Positions 34,131 through 46,450 of a DNA stretch of 64,000 nucleotides are shown piece by piece; position 1 is the first letter of the stretch, and every line of letters starts with the position of its first letter. Under the pieces are notes generated by a model. That model was not told the origin of the DNA and made no database searches. It saw only the letters and a program-made list of their open reading frames with translations. The translations under genes were made by a program, and so were the position numbers. The stretch is from Epithemia pelagica (Eukaryota; Protista; Bacillariophyta): NCBI GenBank assembly GCA_946965045.2, contig CAMPTO020000005.1:15815-79814 (forward strand), given 5' to 3'.

Positions 34131-37100
34131 TAGGCTCTGAACTCGTGTATCCCAGACCAAAAGTCTTGTTGTAGACCATACAAGTGTCGCGTTGTCGATG
34201 TCCCAAGCTTCCATGGACATGGAGCAAAGACGTTGTCGATGTCCCAAATTACCATGGACATGGAGCAAAGACTCTCTTCTATAACTCGAATCGCTCCAAA
34301 TATTGGTAGAGACACTTGGGGTATCATAGACATCGACGTCATAGGCTCTGAACTCGTCTATCGCGGACCAAAAGTCTTGTTGTAGACCATACCGGTCTTG
34401 CGTTGTCGTTGTACCAAATTACCATGGACATGGAGCAAAGACACCCTTCTATAACTTGAATCGCTCCAAATTTCGGTAGAGTTACTTGGGGTATCATAGG
34501 AATGGACGTCATAGGCTCTGAACGCGATAAGCATGGATGTCATTGGCTCTGAACTCGTCTATCGCGGACCAAAAGTCTTGTTGTAGACCATACCGGTGTC
34601 GTGTTGTCGATGTCCCAAACTTCCATGGACATGGAGCAAAGACACCCTTCTATAACTTGAATCGCTCCAAATTTCGCTAGAGACACTTGGGGTATCATAG
34701 GCATGGATGTCATAGGCTCTGAACTCGTCTATCGCGGACCAAAGGTCTTGTTGTAGACCATACCAGTGTCGCGTTGTTGATGTACCAAACTTCCATGGTC
34801 ATGGAGCAAAGACAGCCTTCTATAACTTGAATCGCTCCAAATTTCGCTAGAGACACTTGGGATATCATAGGCATGGATGTCATAGGCTCTCAACTCGTCT
34901 ATCGCGGACCAAAAGTCATGTTGTAAACCATACCGGTCTTGCGTTGTCGTTGTACCAAATTACTATGGACATGGAGCAAAGACACCCTTCTATAACTTGA
35001 ATCGCTCCAAATTTCGCTAGAGACACTTGGGGTATCATAGGCATGGATGTCATAGGCTCTGAACTCGTCTATCGCGGACCAAAGGTCTTGTTGTAGACCA
35101 TACCAGTGTCGCGTTGTCGATGTACCAAATTACCATGGACATGGAGCAAAGACACCCTTCTATAACTTGAATCGCTCCAAATTTCGCTAGAGACACTTGG
35201 GATATCATAGGCATGAATGTCATAGGCTCTGAACTCGTCTATCGCGGACCAAAAGTCTTGTTGTAGACCATACCAGTGTCGCGTTGTCGATGTCCCAAAT
35301 TACCATGGACATGGAGCAAAGACTCTCTTCTATAACTCGAATCGCTCCAAATATTGGTAGAGACACTTGGGGTATCATAGGCATGGATGTCATAGGCTCT
35401 GAACTCGTGTATCGCGGACCAAAAGTCTTGTTGTAGACCATACCGGTCTTGCGTTGTCGTTGTACCAAATTACCATGGACATGGAGCAAAGACACCCTTC
35501 TATAACTTGAATCGCTCCAAATTTCGGTAGAGTTACTTGGGGTATCATAGGAATGGACGTCATAGGCTCTGAACGCGATAAGCATGGATGTCATTGGCTC
35601 TGAACTAGTGTCGCGTTGTCGATGTCCCAAGCTTCCATGGACATGGAGCAAAGACGTTGTCGATGTCCCAAATTACCATGGACATGGAGCAAAGACTCTC
35701 TTCTATAACTCGAATCGCTCCAAATATTGGTAGAGACACTTGGGGTATCATAGGCATGGATGTCATAGGCTCTGAACTCGTGTATCGCAGACCAAAAGTC
35801 TTGTTGTAGACCATACAAGTGTCGCGTTGTCGATGTCCCAAACTTCCATGGACATGGAGCAAAGACACCCTTCTATAACTTGAATCGCTCCAAATATTGG
35901 TAGAGACACTTGGGGTATCATAGACATGGATGTCATAGGCTCTGAACTCGTCTATCGCGGACCAAAAGTCTTGTTGTAGACCATACCGGTCTTGCGTTGT
36001 CGTTGTACCAAATTACCATGGACATGGAGCAAAGACACCCTTCTATAACTTGAATCGCTCCAAATTTCGGTAGAGTTACTTGGGGTATCATAGGAATGGA
36101 CGTCATAGGCTCTGAACGCGATAAGCATGGATGTCATAGGCTCTGAACTCGTCTATCGCGGACCAAAAGTCTTGTTGTAGACCATACCGGTGTCGTGTTG
36201 TCGATGTCCCAAACTTCCATGGACATGGAGCAAAGACAGCCTTCTATAACTTGAATCGCTCCAAATTTCGGTAGAGACACTTGGGGTATCATAGGCATGG
36301 ATCTCATAGGCTCTGAACTCGTCTATCGCGGACCAAAAGTCTTGTTGTAGACCATACCGGTCTTGCGTTGTCGTTGTACCAAATTACCATGGACATGGAG
36401 CAAAGACACCCTTCTATAACTTGAATCGCTCCAAATTTCGCTAGAGACACTTGGGGTATCATAGGCATGGATGTCATAGGCTCTGAACTCGTCTATCGCG
36501 GACCAAAGGTCTTGTTGTAGACCATACCAGTGTCGCGTTGTCGATGTACCAAATTACCATGGACATGGAGCAAAGACACCCTTCTATAACTTGAATCGCT
36601 CCAAATTTCGCTAGAGACACTTGGGATATCATAGGCATGAATGTCATAGGCTCTGAACTCGTCTATCGCGGACCAAAAGTCTTGTTGTAGACCATACCAG
36701 TGTCGCGTTGTCGATGTCCCAAATTACCATGGACATGGAGCAAAGACTCTCTTCTATAACTCGAATCGCTCCAAATATTGGTAGAGACACTTGGGGTATC
36801 ATAGACATCGACGTCATAGGCTCTGAACTCGTGTATCGCGGACCAAAAGTCTTGTTGTAGACCATACCGGTCTTGCGTTGTCGTTGTACCAAATTACCAT
36901 GGACATGGAGCAAAGACACCCTTCTATAACTTGAATCGCTCCAAATTTCGGTAGAGTTACTTGGGGTATCATAGGAATGGACGTCATAGGCTCTGAACGC
37001 GATAAGCATGGATGTCATTGGCTCTGAACTAGTGTCGCGTTGTCGATGTCCCAAGCTTCCATGGACATGGAGCAAAGACGTTGTCGATGTCCCAAATTAC

Positions 37101-40100
37101 CATGGACATGGAGCAAAGACTCTCTTCTATAACTCGAATCGCTCCAAATATTGGTAGAGACACTTGGGGTATCATAGGCATGGATGTCATAGGCTCTGAA
37201 CTCGTGTATCGCAGACCAAAAGTCTTGTTGTAGACCATACAAGTGTCGCGTTGTCGATGTCCCAAACTTCCATGGACATGGAGCAAAGACACCCTTCTAT
37301 AACTTGAATCGCTCCAAATATTGGTAGAGACACTTGGGGTATCATAGACATGGATGTCATAGGCTCTGAACTCGTCTATCGCGGACCAAAAGTCTTGTTG
37401 TAGACCATACCGGTCTTGCGTTGTCGTTGTACCAAATTACCATGGACATGGAGCAAAGACACCCTTCTATAACTTGAATCGCTCCAAATTTCGGTAGAGT
37501 TACTTGGGGTATCATAGGAATGGACGTCATAGGCTCTGAACGCGATAAGCATGGATGTCATAGGCTCTGAACTCGTCTATCGCGGACCAAAAGTCTTGTT
37601 GTAGACCATACCGGTGTCGTGTTGTCGATGTCCCAAACTTCCATGGACATGGAGCAAAGACACCCTTCTATAACTTGAATCGCTCCAAATTTCGGTAGAG
37701 ACACTTGGGGTATCATAGGCATGGATCTCATAGGCTCTGAACTCGTCTATCGCGGACCAAAAGTCTTGTTGTAGACCATACCGGTCTTGCGTTGTCGTTG
37801 TACCAAATTACCATGGACATGGAGCAAAGACACCCTTCTATAACTTGAATCGCTCCAAATTTCGCTAGAGACACTTGGGGTATCATAGGCATGGATGTCA
37901 TAGGCTCTGAACTCGTCTATCGCGGACCAAAGGTCTTGTTGTAGACCATACCAGTGTCGCGTTGTCGATGTACCAAACTTCCATGGTCATGGAGCAAAGA
38001 CAGCCTTCTATAACTTGAATCGCTCCAAATTTCGCTAGAGACACTTGGGATATCATAGGCATGAATGTCATAGGCTCTGAACTCGTCTATCGCGGACCAG
38101 AAGTCTTGTTGTAGACCATACAAGTGTCGCGTTGTCGATGTCCCAAATTACCATGGACATGGAGCAAAGACACCCTTCTATAACTTGAATCGCTCCAAAT
38201 ATTGGTAGAGACACTTGGGGTATCATAGGCATGGATGTCATAGGCTCTGAACTCGTGTATCGCAGACCAAAAGTCTTGTTGTAGACCATACAAGTGTCGC
38301 GTTGTCGATGTCCCAATTTTCCATGGACATGGAGCAAAGACACCCTTCTATAACTTGAATCGCTTCAAATATTGGTAGAGACACTTGGGGTATCATAGAC
38401 ATCGACGTCATAGGCTCTGAACTCGTCTATCGCGGACCAAAAGTCTTGTTGTAGACCATACCGGTCTTGCGTTGTCGTTGTACCAAATTACCATGGACAT
38501 GGAGCAAAGACACCCTTCTATAACTTGAATCGCTCCAAATTTCGGTAGAGTTACTTGGGGTATCATAGGAATGGACGTCATAGGCTCTGAACGCGATAAG
38601 CATGGATGTCATTGGCTCTGAACTCGTCTATCGCGGACCAAAAGTCTTGTTGTAGACCATACCGGTGTCGTGTTGTCGATGTCCCAAACTTCCATGGACA
38701 TGGAGCAAAGACACCCTTCTATAACTTGAATCGCTCCAAATTTCGGTAGAGACACTTGGGGTATCATAGGCATGGATGTCATAGGCTCTGAACTCGTGTA
38801 TCGCAGACCAAAAGTCTTGTTGTAGACCATAACGGTCTTGCGTTGTCGTTGTACCAAATTACCATGGACATGGAGCAAAGACACCCTTCTATAACTTGAA
38901 TCGCTCCAAATTTCGCTAGAGACACTTGGGGTATCATAGGCATGGATGTCATAGGCTCTGAACTCGTCTATCGCAGACCAAAAGTCTTGTTGTAGACCAT
39001 ACCGGTCTTGCGTTGTCGTTGTACCAAACTTCCATGGACATGGAGCAAAGACAGCCTTCTATAACTTGAATCGCTCCAAATTTCGCTAGAGACACTTGGG
39101 ATATCATAGGCATGAATGTCATAGGCTCTGAACTCGTCTATCGCGGTCCAAAAGTCTTGTTGTAGACCATACCAGTGTCGCGTTGTCGATGTCCCAAATT
39201 ACCATGGACATGGAGCAAAGACTCTCTTCTATAACTCGAATCGCTCCAAATATTGGTAGAGACACTTGGGGTATCATAGGCATGGATGTCATAGGCTCTG
39301 AACTCGTGTATCGCAGACCAAAAGTCTTGTTGTAGACCATACAAGTGTCGCGTTGTCGATGTCCCAAACTTCCATGGACATGGAGCAAAGACACCCTTCT
39401 ATAACTTGAATCGCTCCAAATATTGGTAGAGACACTTGGGGTATCATAGACATGGACGTCATAGGCTCTGAACTCGTCTATCGCGGACCAAAAGTCTTGT
39501 TGTAGACCATACAGGTCTTGTGTTGTCGTTGTACCAAATTACCATGGACATGGAGCAAAGACACCCTTCTATAACTTGAATCGCTCCAAATTTCGGTAGA
39601 GTTACTTGGGGTATCATAGGAATGGACGTCATAGGCTCTGAACTCGTGTATCGCGGACCAAAAGTCTTGTTGTAGACCATACCGATGTGGCGTTTTCGAT
39701 GTCCCAAACTTCCATGGACATGGAGCAAAGACACCCTTCTATAACTTGAATCACTCCAAATATTGGTAGAGACACTTGGGATATCATAGGCATGGATGTC
39801 ATAGGCTCTGAACTCGTCTATCGCGAACCAAAGGTCTTGTTGTAGACCATACCAGTGTCGCGTTGTAGATGTACCAAACTTCCATGGACATGGAGCAAAG
39901 ACACCCTTCTATAACTTGAATCGCTCCAAATTTCGCTCGAGACACTTGGGATATCATAGGCATGGATGTCATAGGCTCTGAACTCGTGTATCGCGGACCA
40001 AAAGTCTTGTTGTAGACCATACCAGTGTCGCGTTGTCGATGTACCAAACTTCCATGGTCATGGAGCAAAGACACCCTTCTATAACTTGAATCGCTCCAAA

Positions 40101-42620
40101 TTTCGCTAGAGACACTTGGGATATCATAGGCATGGATGTCATAGGCTTTGAACTCGTCTATCGCGGACCAAAAGTCTTGTTGTAGACCATACCAGTGTCG
40201 TGTTGTCGATGTCCCAAACTTCCATGGACATGGAGCAAAGACACCCTTCTATAACTTAAATCGCTCCAAATTTCGCTAGAGACACTTGGGGTATCATAGG
40301 CATGGATGTCATAGGCTCTGAACTCGTGTATCCCAGCCCAAAAGTCTTGTTGTAGACCATACAAGTGTCGCGTTGTCGATGTCCCAAGCTTCCATGGACA
40401 TGCAGCAAAGACACCCTTCTATAACTTGAATCGCTCCAAATATTGGTAGAGACACTTGGGGTATCATAGACATGGACGTCATAGGCTCTGAACTCGTCTA
40501 TCGCGGACCAAAAGTCTTGTTGTAGACCATACCGGTCTTGCGTTGTCGTTGTACCAAATTACCGTGGACATGGAGCAAAGACACCCTTCTATAACTTGAA
40601 TCGCTCCAAATTTCGGTAGAGTTACTTGGGGTATCATAGGAATGGACGTCATAGGCTCTGAACGCGATAAGCATGGATGTCATAGGCTCTGAACTCGTCT
40701 ATCGCGAACCAAAGGTCTTGTTGTAGACCATACCAGTGTCGCGTTGTAGATGTACCAAACTTCCATGGACATGGAGCAAAGACACCCTTCTATAACTTGA
40801 ATCGCTCCAAATTTCGCTCGAGACACTTGGGATATCATAGGCATGGATGTCATAGGCTCTGAACTCGTGTATCGCGGACCAAAAGTCTTGTTGTAGACCA
40901 TACCAGTGTCGCGTTGTCGATGTACCAAACTTCCATGGTCATGGAGCAAAGACACCCTTCTATAACTTGAATCGCTCCAAATTTCGCTAGAGACACTTGG
41001 GATATCATAGGCATGGATGTCATAGGCTTTGAACTCGTCTATCGCGGACCAAAAGTCTTGTTGTAGACCATACCAGTGTCGTGTTGTCGATGTCCCAAAC
41101 TTCCATGGACATGGAGCAAAGACACCCTTCTATAACTTAAATCGCTCCAAATTTCGCTAGAGACACTTGGGGTATCATAGGCATGGATGTCATAGGCTCT
41201 GAACTCGTGTATCCCAGCCCAAAAGTCTTGTTGTAGACCATACAAGTGTCGCGTTGTCGATGTCCCAAGCTTCCATGGACATGCAGCAAAGACACCCTTC
41301 TATAACTTGAATCGCTCCAAATATTGGTAGAGACACTTGGGGTATCATAGACATGGACGTCATAGGCTCTGAACTCGTCTATCGCGGACCAAAAGTCTTG
41401 TTGTAGACCATACCGGTCTTGCGTTGTCGTTGTACCAAATTACCGTGGACATGGAGCAAAGACACCCTTCTATAACTTGAATCGCTCCAAATTTCGGTAG
41501 AGTTACTTGGTGTATCATGGGAATGGACGTCATAGGCTCTGAACTCGTGTATCGCGGACCAAAAGTCTTGTTGTAGACCATACCGATGTGGCGTTTTCGA
41601 TGTCCCAAACTTCCATGGACATGGAGCAAAGACACCCTTCTATAACTTGAATCACTCCAAATATTGGTAGAGACACTTGGGGTATCATAGGCATGGATGT
41701 CATAGGCTCTGAACTCGTGTATCGCGGACCAAAAGTCATGTTGTAGACCATACCGGTCTTGCGTTGTCGTTGTACCAAATTACCATGGACATGGAGCAAA
41801 GACACCCTTCTATAACTTGAATCGCTCCAAATTTCGCTAGAGACATTTGGGATATCATAGGCATGAATGTCATAGGCTCCGAACTCGTCTTTCGCGGACC
41901 AAAAGTCTTGTTGTAGACCATACCGGTGTCGCGTTGTCCATGTCCCAAACTTCCATGGACATGGAGCGAAGACAGCCTTCTATAACTTAAATCGCTCCAA
42001 ATATTGGTAGATACACTTGGCGTCTCGTTGTAGGCCATACCAGTATCGCGTTTTCGTTGTCTCAACCTTCCATGAGGGGTATGGAGCAACAACACCCTTC
42101 TATGACTTGAAGCGCTCCAAAATTCTGTACAGACACTTGCGGTATCGTAGGCATGGACGTCATAGGCGCTGAATTCGTCTATCATTGACGTAAATTATTG
42201 TTGTAGACCACACCGGTGCGGTGTTGTCGTCGTCCCAATCTTCCATAGACTTTTTGGAACAAAGACATTTTTCTTTTCATCTAATCGACCCAGGTATTGG
42301 TACATATCCTCGGGATATCATAGCCATGTGTACCATAGGCTCTGATCTCATGTGCCGTCAAGACAAAGGCTTGCAATAGATTAGATCGGTTTGGCGTTGT
42401 CGTTGTGCCAAAGTTGTATGGACATGGAGCAAAGAGATCCTTCTCTTCATGGAATCGGTCCAGATTTTGGAAGAGACCCATAGTGTCTCATTTTTATGGA
42501 TACCATAGGATCTGATCTCGTGATCTGTGACGAGAAAGGCTTGCAATAGACCATACCGATATAGCGTTGGCCTTGACATTGTCCAAAAATTTCGTACGCT
42601 CATTTCATCCTCCATTGATT
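34128..42620. repeat. 170-bp tandem satellite array 1 (~50 monomers) with higher-order repeats
   Basis: CATAGGCTCTG recurs at 170-bp spacing (34340, 34510; also 42334, 42504 in degenerate copies). Identical ORF-track peptides recur at 1424-bp (35220/36644, 35591/37015, 35952/37376) and 881-bp (39799/40680, 40158/41039) offsets. Divergence rises after ~41900. Confidence 0.97.
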
Positions 42621-42804
42621 CGTATGACAAAGCAAACAAGACTCAGAAATTCTTAGCGTTATTTGAATTTTTCCCCATAAAAACGATAAGAACTGAGAGA
42701 TAGTCAGGATCAGTTGTTTTCTCTGAAGTACATCTTCTTCCAACCGCAAACAGAAATCCTCGCACCATTACTCTTCAAGAAGACCGTTCGATATCGTATA
42801 AAAG

Positions 42805-43680
42805 ATGGAAGACTCGTCTTGGTTGAATACTGTTGCAATATGGAATCTCATCTCGAATACACGATTTGATGTTGAAACTTCGTTTTGTCTTCGTAGCAGT
42901 GATAGGAATGTTGTTCTCACTGAAGATGTTGCAGCGGCAGCCGAAGGAATCAAAAACGAATTCAAGGATCTTGTAGACAAGATTATTAATCACGAGGGAC
43001 GACTTGATGTGATTTCCATTATGAATGGTAATAAGGAGGGATATACAGAAGAGCACCAGTGTCAGATGGGCACATGGGCAGACAGACCGGAATTCCTTGA
43101 CGGACCCTTCATCTGGAAACAAAACTTCCTCGAGACATGTCTTGTTTGCGGTAAATTCACCTGTAATCAACAGGTAACAAGATACACATGCAAACATTGT
43201 TTCCGTCCTTTACAAGTACCTGGGTCGTCTTCATCTTGTGATACCACTTGTGCAAAGACTCCCTGTACTTCATCCATGAACATGTCCTTCGTATGGGAGT
43301 TCTGTATGACTTTAAGAGAGGCATTCCAAGCGTGGTTTGACTTCCACAAGTTTGGAAAAAACAGAAAGATTCCCTTTTTTGAATATATCCCAGCCGAAAC
43401 TTGTGGCATCTTGACAAAAACGGTCGGTAAAGTATGGAGAGAAAAATTGGAGCCTTATTACAACGAGGATACCAAGTGGCGTAGTCCATCTCATTTCATT
43501 CACACCGAGAAACAATGGGCATTGTGGCTGATTTCTTCACCACCTGGTTGCTCCTTTCGCAACTATATGCCTATTTTTACTGCATGTTATCACATAGCGC
43601 AGGAAAATCCAAAGAAACACGCTGCTGGTGTACCACACCAGAGTGCTCGTAAGAAGCAAAAGACGTGGAATGCTCCTTGA
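42805..43680 (+). CDS. Cys-rich protein of unknown function (element-borne)
   Basis: Intact 291-aa ORF. CLVCGKFTC..YTCKHCFRP..C..FVWEFCMTLREAF resembles CKGCLRPC..FIWRFCMIVRRAL in 58383-58814. Confidence 0.65.
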   Translation: MEDSSWLNTVAIWNLISNTRFDVETSFCLRSSDRNVVLTEDVAAAAEGIKNEFKDLVDKIINHEGRLDVISIMNGNKEGYTEEHQCQMGTWADRPEFLDGPFIWKQNFLETCLVCGKFTCNQQVTRYTCKHCFRPLQVPGSSSSCDTTCAKTPCTSSMNMSFVWEFCMTLREAFQAWFDFHKFGKNRKIPFFEYIPAETCGILTKTVGKVWREKLEPYYNEDTKWRSPSHFIHTEKQWALWLISSPPGCSFRNYMPIFTACYHIAQENPKKHAAGVPHQSARKKQKTWNAP

Positions 43681-43719
43681 ATTTGTTTTTCCTTGGTGAT
43701 GAATGCATCCAGAAAGAAT

Positions 43720-45333
43720 TTATAATGTTCCGCTACGAATGCCTTGAACCGTTTTGGTTATACCATGGTCCTCTCTTGTTTCGTTGACAGTTGCATTCAT
43801 AGACCTGGAACTTACTGCCCAAAACCAACTAATAGTGTCGTTCTTCATGTTCCCATCTGTATGTTGTCTTTGTTTGTGTATTGACGTTCCATGCCGGATC
43901 ACACGTCCATCCCATAGAACCGAAACCCCATGAAATAGTTGTATACAAAGACCATGGTATGTAGTACCATCATATTCCACAAGAATATTCGGCAAAACAA
44001 AGAACCAATTTTGGGAGTCACCTGGGATTGTCTCTGTCCAGATTGCGAATGAAACAGAACCATCGTGAACATCATAGTGTGTCGTGTTCATGAGGTTCAA
44101 ACTCAGGGTAATGGCTGAGGTCATACCTCCGACTCTTCCTCCGAATTCACTAGGCATTTCTTCGCCAGCTGAATCTTCTAGATACCGGAATGTTGGAATC
44201 ACCCCAGGATATTCGCGTTCACAGAACCTTTTTGCCGCTGTACTTATTTTCGGCAGTATCATCGATAATGTCTTGTCCTTTGTAAATAATTTCTCGGAAA
44301 CGAAAGTAGAACCGTTTCCTCTTGTCGCAGTATTACCAACAGTAGTCATAGATCCTAAGTCTCCCTTATTACATCTGGCATTGGCCGCCTTTCTCAGAGA
44401 CCCAGTACGTGTAAATTCCCTTGCTCTGTGGTGTAATAGGTCCAACAACGTCTGGTCTTTCCGTAACAGAGATGTCACTCGAATGTAACTAAGTGACTCT
44501 GGTCTCCCATCATTTCGGCGTGTCCGAACAATGAAAGTAATGTTTCCCCGAATACGATGGTCGTATACCAGTGGCCTTGGGTGTGTACCGGACGACATTT
44601 GCAACCATAGGTTTCGATGCAAAGCACCACTAACATATCTCCGACTCCCTTTCTTATCTGAGTCATTCCTGGTTATAATCAGCCTTGTTCGATATTGTTC
44701 CCGTGACATGTGATGTGTCATCGACTGTTTATTCCCTGGCTTTTCGATCTTTCCCTTGTCATCGAGGTACACGTCAGGAGGTAAAAGTGGGCTCCCATCC
44801 TCCACATCGGACCATTGGTAACATTCCTTCACAGTTTTGTCATTATTAGTAAGATGTTCACCCCAATCTAGACTCCAACAACGATGAATCTTTTTCAAGA
44901 ATGCATTACTTGCAGGTTGGCCATCTTTGTGTCGCAGACGTAACCAAGACAACGGTAGTGGGACTGATGACGATGTGATGTTGGACGACCTTGATAGTTC
45001 TTGAAATTGACGCACACATGTATAAAAAACCCCAGCCAAAGGGAAGAGGATAATAATATCTCTGAAGAGGTGATCATTTTCGTCAAGACATAAGTTTTTG
45101 TTAGTCCGAATCATCATGACAGGATCTTTGAATATAGAGGACGACACATGTGTTGTCTTTTTCCTGATTTCTCTATATCTTGTCCTCGACAAGGTACATT
45201 CCAATATGAATGCATTGTGGATCGTTTTAGTTACAAGACCCACCGGGATTTGAGTAACAATCATAGGACAACATTCTGGTATAATGTTCGAATGACTGAC
45301 AACGTCATCTCTTGTCTCCACAACATCATCCAT
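43720..45333 (-). CDS. TET/JBP-like 2-oxoglutarate-Fe(II) dioxygenase
   Basis: Uninterrupted ORF; likely ATG at 45333. C-terminal N-x-x-H-Y-D-V-H-D (HxD at 44071-44079), WFFVLPN, I.L.HG.SVLWDGRVIRHGT (distal His at 43891-43893) matches the double-stranded beta-helix metal-binding pattern. The canonical 2OG-binding Arg is not obvious. Confidence 0.6.
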   Translation of the reverse strand: MDDVVETRDDVVSHSNIIPECCPMIVTQIPVGLVTKTIHNAFILECTLSRTRYREIRKKTTHVSSSIFKDPVMMIRTNKNLCLDENDHLFRDIIILFPLAGVFYTCVRQFQELSRSSNITSSSVPLPLSWLRLRHKDGQPASNAFLKKIHRCWSLDWGEHLTNNDKTVKECYQWSDVEDGSPLLPPDVYLDDKGKIEKPGNKQSMTHHMSREQYRTRLIITRNDSDKKGSRRYVSGALHRNLWLQMSSGTHPRPLVYDHRIRGNITFIVRTRRNDGRPESLSYIRVTSLLRKDQTLLDLLHHRAREFTRTGSLRKAANARCNKGDLGSMTTVGNTATRGNGSTFVSEKLFTKDKTLSMILPKISTAAKRFCEREYPGVIPTFRYLEDSAGEEMPSEFGGRVGGMTSAITLSLNLMNTTHYDVHDGSVSFAIWTETIPGDSQNWFFVLPNILVEYDGTTYHGLCIQLFHGVSVLWDGRVIRHGTSIHKQRQHTDGNMKNDTISWFWAVSSRSMNATVNETREDHGITKTVQGIRSGTL

Positions 45334-45335
45334 GT

Positions 45336-45700
45336 CTTGGCCCTTGTTCCAATTGAGAAGGGGTAGCAACACAGCAATCCAACAGGGTCTTGGTCGATGG
45401 AAATGGAGGGGTGAAGGAAGAGGGTGCACCAACTTGGTGTCTTTTTGCCCTTTGTTCAATTGAATCCTCACCAATCCGACCGTTCAGATCGTTGAAAATG
45501 GTCTTCTGGGATAATAGGAGGGAAGAAGCAGCGGCAATCCAGCAATCCAACCAGTTTTGGTCGATGGAAATTGATGGGAGAATGAAATGGGTGCACCAAC
45601 TTGGTGTCTTCGCCCTTTTTCAAACAGAACCACCAATCCAGTCGTTCAGAGCGTTGAAAATTGTCTTGTGGGATGATAGGAGGGAAGAAATAGTTGCCAA
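45336..45700. repeat. Degenerate repeats containing palindrome CACCAA-C-TTGGTG, upstream of the TET-like gene
   Basis: CACCAACTTGGTG at 45427 and 45594. 45336-45440 matches the ~105-bp unit at 62935-63520 in the same orientation. Confidence 0.8.
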
Positions 45701-45861
45701 ACAGCGATCACATGGTTGGGTTTTCATGGAAACAGAAGAAAATGATTAGTGGGCATATAGGAAAACGACAAAACGAACTCTCACTGTTGTCTTGTCGACT
45801 TGGCTTACCTAGCACCTTTCCAATTTGAAAAAGGAAATGATTCTCTTTGTGTTCGCCTGTT

Positions 45862-45925
45862 TGTTGTAGCTGTTGTTGTTGTTGTTGCTGTTGTGTTGTT
45901 GTTGTTGTTGTTGTTGCTGCTGCTG
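45862..45925. repeat. (GTT/GCT)n microsatellite
   Basis: Visible trinucleotide runs. Confidence 0.85.
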
Positions 45926-46223
45926 TGTGTTTTTTGGGGCGTTGGGGGTTGGTGTGAGTTGGATGAGGCACTCTATGACTCTATAGTCAAAAAGTGATCA
46001 CAAAAGTGGGAGAGTATATCTTTTGTGTGGTTGTTGTGTGAGGAAAATCTAATTTTCAGCGTTCTTCTGTGATTTTGTGTCCATTGTTCTTCGTATGTCA
46101 CTGTGACGTGATTTGGTGGTGGAGGAGAAATTTGTGGGTCGCTTTTGGAGTTTACGTGCGACTGGAATACTAGGTGTTATATGTGTAGCTAGTAGTTAGG
46201 TATCTAGGCAAAGGTTAGGCTCT

Positions 46224-46415
46224 GTGCACGCGTTTCCACATACAATAAACATGCTCACGCGGGTGTCAACACGTTTCACGCGTTGTCTACACGTTTCACG
46301 CGCATTCACGCGCAATCTGGAGCGCCACGCGCTTCGTACGCGCCAAATCCGCGTGATCCGTGTTCTGGGGGTGCTGCACGCGCCTATTGGGCGTGTGTCA
46401 CGCGCCTGTTGGTGG
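46224..46415. repeat. Subterminal cluster of (C)ACGCG motifs near the right end of copy A
   Basis: About nine ACGCG occurrences in ~190 bp, ending ~35 bp before TCCTTAG. Confidence 0.6.
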
Positions 46416-46450
46416 AATTCCAGTCACTTATCTTCAAAAAACCTCCTTAG

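Larger units (their letters stand above)
34131..46450 (+). mobile_element. Element copy A: right half of a large satellite-carrying DNA element (satellite, Cys-rich ORF, TET/JBP-like gene, palindromic repeats, ACGCG cluster, TCCTTAG terminus)
   Basis: Bounded by the two halves of gag. Right end TCCTTAG (46444-46450) is the reverse complement of CTAAGGA at 49371. Shares satellite, ~105-bp repeat and a Cys-rich ORF family with 49371-63520. Confidence 0.6.

Noticed and set aside
34079-42185. Many short minus-strand ORFs in the satellite (MSLLHVHG.., MYGLQQDF..) as real genes
   Set aside because: The 170-bp period is not a multiple of three, stops recur in every frame, and the ORFs are by-products of the repeat. 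The same applies to 58831-61856.
34128-42620. CRISPR array interpretation of the 170-bp or ~105-bp repeats
   Set aside because: Whole units are similar with no unique spacers, no cas genes are present, and the context is eukaryotic.
45334-45474. Extended N-terminus of the TET-like ORF
   Set aside because: It is a translation of the palindromic repeat (the same peptide appears in 63013-63504); ATG 45333 is preferred.
46224-46450. N-terminal 76 codons of ORF 46224-47384 as part of gag
   Set aside because: They translate the ACGCG-rich element end; gag-like sequence starts only after TCCTTAG.
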